A DNA stretch of 64,000 nucleotides, taken from positions 96,001 to 160,000 of the forward strand of contig CANJVR010000003.1 in NCBI GenBank assembly GCA_947478395.1, read 5' to 3'. A program made the translations under genes and the position numbers. The first letter of the stretch is position 1, and every line of letters begins with the position of its first letter. Positions 57,957-64,000 of this stretch are shown one piece after another. This DNA is from Opitutia bacterium (GTDB taxonomy: Bacteria; Verrucomicrobiota; Verrucomicrobiia; Opitutales; Opitutaceae). Below the pieces are notes generated by a model. That model was given only the letters and a program-made list of their open reading frames with translations, searched no databases and was not told where the DNA came from.

Positions 57957-58121
57957 TCAGGTTTTCAGAAATGACCAACCAATACCCGTCATTTGCGGAA
58001 CTGCCCACAGCCGCCGGTCTGAAACAGCCTCCTCGAAGGCGTCGGGATCATTCCGGCGCACAATTTGCGCAGCCACTCCAATCAAAAGCCGCGCAATGGA
58101 AGCCGAGGGACGGACCGACAT
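57957..58121 (-). CDS. Candidate small protein (54 aa)
   Basis: MSVRPSASIARLLIGVAAQIVRRNDPDAFEEAVSDRRLWAVPQMTGIGWSFLKT; ends 18 nt before the synthase start. Confidence 0.5.
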   Translation of the reverse strand: MSVRPSASIARLLIGVAAQIVRRNDPDAFEEAVSDRRLWAVPQMTGIGWSFLKT

Positions 58122-58154
58122 CACGGCGTAATCGTTCACATTGATGAAGATACA

Positions 58155-58186
58155 TAAAAAACCCACCGCGATATTGCGGTGGGTCG
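58155..58186 (-). terminator. Rho-independent terminator after the bS22-like gene
   Basis: On - strand ACCCACCGCAATATCGCGGTGGGT followed by TTTT. Confidence 0.7.
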
Positions 58187-58213
58187 GAAAGCCAAAATTG
58201 AATAGCGGCCAGA

Positions 58214-58315
58214 CTACTTCTGCCACGTACGCTTCTTGTGCCGGTTCGACTTCAAGCGCTTCCGGCGCTTGTGCTTGTTCATCTTCAGACGACGTTTCTT
58301 TTTCAGGTTGCCCAT
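58214..58315 (-). CDS. 33-aa basic protein, AURKAIP1/COX24 (DUF1713; bS22/mS38-like ribosomal protein)
   Basis: [33 protein letters not shown] contains the KRR.KMNKHK.RK motif. Below the ORF-track cutoff. Confidence 0.85.
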   Translation of the reverse strand: MGNLKKKRRLKMNKHKRRKRLKSNRHKKRTWQK

Positions 58316-58377
58316 GGTGCTTGAGAGTTTGTGAGGGGCCAACGTGCGAAACGCATCTCTCACTGTAAAGCCCGAAT

Positions 58378-61300
58378 TTATGCCTTTGCGGTCGTGACCG
58401 CAAAGCTCCTCTGCGAGCGCACCAAAACAATTTCGCCGCGCACGGTATCGCGGCCCAAATTCGTCAGCAAGGCGATCGCCCGGGAGTACAGGTTGAGCTG
58501 CGCAGCATACCGCTCGGCGGCGCCCGCTTCGGCTGTATCGGTTTTAAAGTCGTAGACGCAGGCACCCAGCGCCCGGCCCGCTTCGTCGCAGTCAACGACC
58601 ACCCGATCAAAAACGCCCGTCACCCACGTCCCTTCGTCGATAAATTCGAACGCGCGTTCTCGCCAAACCTTCGCTCCAGCCCGACGTTTCCAGATGTCCT
58701 CGAGCTGCGGCGCACTGATGCAAGCCAACGCCAGTTCGCCAGCTAACCCTTGACCCGCCCAAGCCAAGCGGAAGCGCGCGATTTCGGCCTCGTCCACCCA
58801 TTCCACGGTCGCCAGTAACGCGTGCACCTCGCGGCCAAACTCCACCGCCGTCACCCGATCCGCCTCCCCCGCGAACAAGCGCGCCGCATCAACGATGCCC
58901 GCGCGATCGTCCGACGGCCGCCGCGCCGGTAGACGTTGTGACTTCCGGACGCGCGCTGCGTCGAGCCGAACTAATTCCCGCGGCACCAACGCCGGGGTCG
59001 GCGGCAACGCTAGTTTCAAATGCCAATCGGCATCCCCCACGGCCAACGCGCCCGCAAAAGTTTTCGGTCCGACGCGCACGTCGGTATTTTCATCGCCCAG
59101 CGTTTCCGCCAAAAGCCTGGGGAAATTGCGGGACGCCGATTTGCCCGGGGATTTCGTGATCAGGTACATCGCACGCTTCGCGCGTGTCATGGCCACGTAG
59201 AGCAACGAGAGGTTTTCATAACACGCGGCCGCCTCATCAGCCCGGACCTGCGCGCTCAACGTGGCGTCCGGTTCAATAAATAGTTTTCCCGGCAGTTCAG
59301 TGATCCACTCAACGGTGCGATCATCCGCACGGCGCACAGCCAAACCATCTCTCCGGCCATCGAGTTTCGTGCCCTCCAAGTCCGGCAGGATCACGAGATC
59401 GAAGCCAAGGCCCTTCGCCTTGTGCACCGTCATCACCCGCACCACGGCAGCCGGATCGGATTCGCGCACCGCGTGCCGCTCCATGAACTGGATAAACTCC
59501 GCCACTGCGCGGCTCCCCGTCGCATCGAATTGCCGGGCCGCCCCGATAAACTGAGCGGCGCGCTCGCGGCTAAACCGATCATCCGGCGAGAGCCGCGGCT
59601 CCAGTTTCTGCCACCACGCGTCCAGCGTCCGCTCGAAACCTTCCGCGTGAATTTGACCCAACACGCGCCGCGTCAACTCCTCCGGCACCGCCGCTTCTTC
59701 CGCGGCGAGCACCGCCCCCAGCGGCGTCATGTTCAGATGCCCGCGCGCGAGCGTGTCGCCCGGATGCGCTGCGGCCTGTAACAACGCGAGCAGCACCGCG
59801 CCGATCGGATTATCCGTCGCGATGCGCAGGTCTGATTCCGCCACGGCCGGCACGCCGCCTTCGCGACGAAGGTATTCCGCGAGACGCGACGCCGTGTCGT
59901 TTTTCTGCACCAGCAACACGCAAGTGAGCCCACGTTCGAGCGGTTCGATCGCGTGTAACAACGCGAGCGCGGTCGCGAACCGCGCCGTCTCGTCTTCCGC
60001 GTGCAGCAGCGCCGCGTGACCACCGAGCTCCGGCTTCGCCGACTTATGATCGAGCCATTCCTTGTTCCACGCCTCCGAGGCCACACCGGGAAATAATTCC
60101 ACCATCACCGCCGCGTCCCCGAAAACCCGGTTGACCAGTTCGATCACCGCCGGCCCTGAGCGATATGACTCCACCAGATGCCGCTCCGCAATGCGGCCGG
60201 GCTGCGCGAAATTGTAGTGATTGAAAATCTCCCGAAACAAACGCGGGTCGCCGTCGCGCCAGGCGAAAATCGCCTGCTTCACATCCCCTACATAGAAAAA
60301 ACTCCTTCCCCCGGTCGGATCCTGCACCGCTTCGTCGATCAGGTTTTTTAACACCGACCACTGCCCGAAACTCGTGTCCTGAAATTCATCGAGCAGCCAG
60401 TGGTCGATTTCCGCATCGAGCCGAAAATCGATCAACAGCCGTTGCTCGTCGCTCGCCTCGCGCGAAAGCATCCTAGCTCCGTCGCGCCCCGGTCGCAGCA
60501 GTCGCTGCACATCGCCAAACGTCAATTTTCCCGCCCGCCGGACCGCATCGTGATAAACCGCTTCGTAGCCCCGCAGCACCGCGTGAATACCCTGGGTGAT
60601 TTCCATCCGACGCGCCAGTTCGCGTCCGACCACGTGCCGCGTGAGCTCCGCGAGCGCCGCCCCAGCCACCACACCCAGCTCTTGCTTTTTGCGATCGAAC
60701 TCCAACACGGCGCTCCCCGCTTTCAGTTCCTCCCATGCGCCCAACGCCTTTTCGAGCACGTAAGCCATCGCCCGCGGCGGCGTCACGCCGGGTGACCATG
60801 CCGTCAGCACCTCAATAAACTCGTTCCAGCGGACGCGTTGCTTGTCGCCGATGTCAGCCGCATCGATCCACGCGCGCAGTCTCTTTACCGCCTCTTCGGG
60901 GTGCGTCACGACCTCCAACCATTCGCATCCTTCGGGCCAGATTTTGTCCGCGTGACCCCAAAGCTCGCGATCCGGCGCGGCGAGAAATATTTCCTGATGC
61001 TCGTCGATGAAGCGGTCGAGCTGAGCCCCCAGACGCTTCTCGTCCGCGCCGAACGTCGCGCGCTTGAACGCCTCGATAAATTCCCGCTGCGCCTCGGCCA
61101 GTTCGCCCACGCGCTCGAACATGCGGCGCAACACCCGACCGCGCTCCATCTGCGCGGCGTGGGGTTGCAAAAGCTCGAAGTCGCCCGCCAGCCCGAGCTC
61201 CAGCGGGAAATTTCGCGCCACGCGCGCAAAAAATCCATCGAACGTCCCCAGCCGCAGCCGGTGCATCGCATCCGCGACCGTGCGCAGCATTTTCAGAAAA

Positions 61301-61584
61301 TCCGCGGGGCCTAATTCCGGCTGACCCGCCGCGCGTGCTTCCCCGTCGGGTACTTCGATCTCGCGCCCGAGCCGCTGGGCGAATTCCGGTTCACGTGCTG
61401 CGCGGGCGAGCTTGTTGAGGATCTCGTCGAAAAATTCGCCCGCCGCCTTGCGCGTGAAGGTGAGCGCCACGATACGCTCCGGCTTCGCGCCCAACGCCAG
61501 CAGCCGGACGAAGCGGTTCGTGAGCGCATAGGTTTTCCCGGAGCCCGCCGACGCCAGAATCATCACGTGGCCAATCGACATCAT
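58378..61584 (-). CDS. addA: AddA-type UvrD helicase-nuclease
   Basis: [58 protein letters not shown] and C-terminal nuclease GVFDRV...YDFKT..QLNLY. Confidence 0.9.
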   Translation of the reverse strand: MMSIGHVMILASAGSGKTYALTNRFVRLLALGAKPERIVALTFTRKAAGEFFDEILNKLARAAREPEFAQRLGREIEVPDGEARAAGQPELGPADFLKMLRTVADAMHRLRLGTFDGFFARVARNFPLELGLAGDFELLQPHAAQMERGRVLRRMFERVGELAEAQREFIEAFKRATFGADEKRLGAQLDRFIDEHQEIFLAAPDRELWGHADKIWPEGCEWLEVVTHPEEAVKRLRAWIDAADIGDKQRVRWNEFIEVLTAWSPGVTPPRAMAYVLEKALGAWEELKAGSAVLEFDRKKQELGVVAGAALAELTRHVVGRELARRMEITQGIHAVLRGYEAVYHDAVRRAGKLTFGDVQRLLRPGRDGARMLSREASDEQRLLIDFRLDAEIDHWLLDEFQDTSFGQWSVLKNLIDEAVQDPTGGRSFFYVGDVKQAIFAWRDGDPRLFREIFNHYNFAQPGRIAERHLVESYRSGPAVIELVNRVFGDAAVMVELFPGVASEAWNKEWLDHKSAKPELGGHAALLHAEDETARFATALALLHAIEPLERGLTCVLLVQKNDTASRLAEYLRREGGVPAVAESDLRIATDNPIGAVLLALLQAAAHPGDTLARGHLNMTPLGAVLAAEEAAVPEELTRRVLGQIHAEGFERTLDAWWQKLEPRLSPDDRFSRERAAQFIGAARQFDATGSRAVAEFIQFMERHAVRESDPAAVVRVMTVHKAKGLGFDLVILPDLEGTKLDGRRDGLAVRRADDRTVEWITELPGKLFIEPDATLSAQVRADEAAACYENLSLLYVAMTRAKRAMYLITKSPGKSASRNFPRLLAETLGDENTDVRVGPKTFAGALAVGDADWHLKLALPPTPALVPRELVRLDAARVRKSQRLPARRPSDDRAGIVDAARLFAGEADRVTAVEFGREVHALLATVEWVDEAEIARFRLAWAGQGLAGELALACISAPQLEDIWKRRAGAKVWRERAFEFIDEGTWVTGVFDRVVVDCDEAGRALGACVYDFKTDTAEAGAAERYAAQLNLYSRAIALLTNLGRDTVRGEIVLVRSQRSFAVTTAKA

Positions 61585-64000
61585 GGCTCCGCCCCCCGGA
61601 ACGAAGCATCTGCGCTCCCCTTCCACTCCACGCTCTCGGCCACGCCGTGATGAAAAAACGTCGCGAAGTCATCGTACTCGGCGCGCATGTGCTCGTTCGG
61701 CGGCCAGAATTCGCCCGCGCGAATCGCCGCCGCCACGCCTTCCGCGCAGCGCCACGCCGACTCCGCGAGCGCCCGCGAATAGCCTTCCCACACCGCGATG
61801 CCCGTCTCGGTCGAGGCCTTTGGCAGATTAAAATATCCGCTCGTGATCTCCCCGGGATACTCGGCCGCAAGCGCGCGCAAATAAATTGGGAGCTGCAAAT
61901 CCCGCCATACTTGCTCCCGCCCTTCACCGGCCGGCACCCGGGCAAACTCACGCCCGATTTCATCAGCGCGGACATTCCGCCAATGGGCCTCCACGGGGTT
62001 CACCGGTTTGTCGGATGTTTTATAATCGAGCACGCGAATCGCGCCCGTCGTTTCATGTCGGTCGATGCGGTCGATTTTTCCGCGGACTTTCAGCCCCGCT
62101 ATTTCGAGTTCGAAACTCCACTCTACGCGTTCGATCACCCAACCTTCCGCGCGGGTTTGGGCCTGGACTTCGGCCACACGGGCCAGTCGCTGCCGCGCCG
62201 ATTCGAGCTGAACGAGCAAGGGCAACGTGAGCTCCTGGCCAAATCGTTTCGCGGCTTCGAGGTTGAGTGCCCCCAACAAAAATTCCCGGAGAACGCTCGC
62301 GTCCGCGCAATCCCGCAGCCCGGGTTCGCGGCCCATCGCTTCCAAGGCGGCGTGACACAGAATTCCAAAATCCAATTCATCGAGTTCGGTTTTTCCCGGA
62401 TCGACCGGCTGCATTTTTAAAACCCGCGAGAGATAAAATCGAAACGGGCAATCGAGCCACGCGCGCAAACCCGTCACCGCTAAGCTTGCCGGCGCGGACC
62501 GGCGTTCGGGTTCAAGCCGCCACGCCCGCCGCCAAGATGGATTCGGCCGCGACGCCGTCACCGCGCCAAAAAGAAATGCGATTCGTTGCGGCAACTCGCC
62601 GTCGGCGCAGCGCAGCAAAAGTCGCGATGGCCGCAGCGGATCGCCGGCCGTCGACGTTTTTCCGAGGAGCAGATCGAGGCGTCCCTCCCCGCTCCGACTC
62701 TTGGCGAGCGCCTGCAAGAAGTACGCATCACGGGCCAAGCGCGCGGCGTTGGTTTTAAGACCGAGCCGCTCGCGCAGTGACTCCGGCAAAAACGGATCGC
62801 CCACGATCGCATCCGGCACCCGGCCGTCGTTCAGTCCGGCGACCACGAGATGCGGCGCATCCTCCCAGAGGAGCTCGAGCCAGCCTTGCAGTTCCACCGC
62901 ACCCGCCGGTTTTTCGACGGAATAAATTTCTTCCGCGTAAAGGCCCAGCGCGAGATCCCACCACTCCCGATTCTCCACCCCGCGAAAATGTTTTACCGCC
63001 CCGGCGAGCTCACGCGTGATTTCGGTCCATACCCGGACGGCCTCCGCCGCCAACGCGTCCGACGGGAGCGCTAGATTGAACTCCCGCCCGGCGAAAATCA
63101 GGCCAAGCACGGATGCGGCGTTACCGGGAAACGAGCCTGCGGTGAGCGTCGCGCGTAGTTCCGCGACGGCAGCCAGTTCGACGCGCTTCGGCGCATGCCG
63201 GCGCAATTCCGTCAGATCCGGCGGCAGATGTTCGGTGTGCCAGCGGTCGAGGTCCGCCAGAAAACGCGCAGCGGAAAAATTGGCTCCGACCCGCACGCCG
63301 AGGAATTTCAAAACATCCGGGCAACGCACCAAAGTGGCCACCGCGACAAACGTGTCGGCCCGCGCCAATCCCGCGAGCGCGGAGAGCAGTTGAAAAAGTC
63401 CGTCGCCACGTCGCGAGCGACCTTCCGGATTGAAGCCCGCCAACCCGACGCGCCGTAATCCTGTTTCCAGCGGCGAGAAAACTTCAGCGTCCGCCACGCC
63501 CACCGCGAGCACGCCCTCGCTCGCGCGATAGTGGTCGGCCTCAGCCACAACTTGCTCCGCTTGCGTCCCTGGGTCCGCGCTGAGCCATACGTGCTGCTCG
63601 AAGCCCGCGAATTCCAACGAACGCTTCGCCCAGGTTTCCGATTCCGGCCGGCCCCAACCATCGAACGCCGCGGCGTCCGTTTGGGGCGCGAACACAACCA
63701 CGTCCACGGGCCACGATCGCGCGTGCACGTCTAACGCGCGCAAGGCGAGCGGCACCGGGTCGGCGACCGCCAGCATCACGATACGATTGACGCCTTCGGG
63801 CCAGATGGGCGCCGCGGCGCGAGCAATTTTAGCCGCAGGACCGTCGCGAAGGCTGCGCACCGCCAGACTTTCGGCGTGGCGTCGCTCCAGCCGAGCGATC
63901 TGCTGCCACCGTTCGACTTCCGGAAAATCTCCGCCGGCTCGGGCGGGCACGTCCGCCAAAGTGAGTCCCGCTTCCGCGAGTACGCCCTGCAGTCGCGCAA
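61581..64000 (-). CDS. addB: AddB-type PD-(D/E)XK nuclease, 5' end outside window
   Basis: GWLELLWEDAP, GLNDGRVP, CPFRFYL, RGKIDRID...VLDYKT, LQLPIY. ATGA overlap with addA. Confidence 0.85.
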   Translation of the reverse strand, partial: ARLQGVLAEAGLTLADVPARAGGDFPEVERWQQIARLERRHAESLAVRSLRDGPAAKIARAAAPIWPEGVNRIVMLAVADPVPLALRALDVHARSWPVDVVVFAPQTDAAAFDGWGRPESETWAKRSLEFAGFEQHVWLSADPGTQAEQVVAEADHYRASEGVLAVGVADAEVFSPLETGLRRVGLAGFNPEGRSRRGDGLFQLLSALAGLARADTFVAVATLVRCPDVLKFLGVRVGANFSAARFLADLDRWHTEHLPPDLTELRRHAPKRVELAAVAELRATLTAGSFPGNAASVLGLIFAGREFNLALPSDALAAEAVRVWTEITRELAGAVKHFRGVENREWWDLALGLYAEEIYSVEKPAGAVELQGWLELLWEDAPHLVVAGLNDGRVPDAIVGDPFLPESLRERLGLKTNAARLARDAYFLQALAKSRSGEGRLDLLLGKTSTAGDPLRPSRLLLRCADGELPQRIAFLFGAVTASRPNPSWRRAWRLEPERRSAPASLAVTGLRAWLDCPFRFYLSRVLKMQPVDPGKTELDELDFGILCHAALEAMGREPGLRDCADASVLREFLLGALNLEAAKRFGQELTLPLLVQLESARQRLARVAEVQAQTRAEGWVIERVEWSFELEIAGLKVRGKIDRIDRHETTGAIRVLDYKTSDKPVNPVEAHWRNVRADEIGREFARVPAGEGREQVWRDLQLPIYLRALAAEYPGEITSGYFNLPKASTETGIAVWEGYSRALAESAWRCAEGVAAAIRAGEFWPPNEHMRAEYDDFATFFHHGVAESVEWKGSADASFRGAEP

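Overview
A GC-rich bacterial chromosomal segment. Gene content suggests Verrucomicrobiota, probably Opitutaceae (inference from the TonB-receptor style, the DUF1552/DUF1592 pair and C-rich start regions lacking a Shine-Dalgarno motif). Housekeeping genes include galK, HU, ygfZ, DAHP synthase, mdh, valS, glnD, trxB, tRNA-Gln, a Fur/Irr-sufCBDT operon, polyprenyl synthase, a 33-aa bS22/COX24-like protein and addAB. Accessory genes include GH43, GH2, an RNB RNase, TlpA, a DUF1592+DUF1552 pair, a TMTC-like TPR glycosyltransferase, a lipase-maturation-factor/Sel1 fusion, two tandem TonB-dependent receptors with a divergent LacI regulator, a ChrB/DUF1259/YVTN module, DUF1593 and two flavin oxidoreductases. 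I found no CRISPR array, prophage, integrase or transposase. The most notable observations are: (i) an unannotated ~95-nt sRNA-like unit carrying two GGGGUA motifs complementary to TACCCC motifs in the structured leaders of both TonB receptors; (ii) an LMF1-Sel1 fusion next to a TMTC-like gene, echoing eukaryotic ER maturation machinery; (iii) two ICE/Irr-type boxes before an Irr-like regulator of suf; (iv) period-7 inverted repeat arrays in three suf operon spacers plus a heptamer run inside sufD; (v) a two-copy MITE-like element carrying a REP-like hairpin; (vi) an OprB porin pseudogene; and (vii) a C16/G16 tract upstream of a TonB receptor. All calls come from reading motifs by eye; no searches were run.
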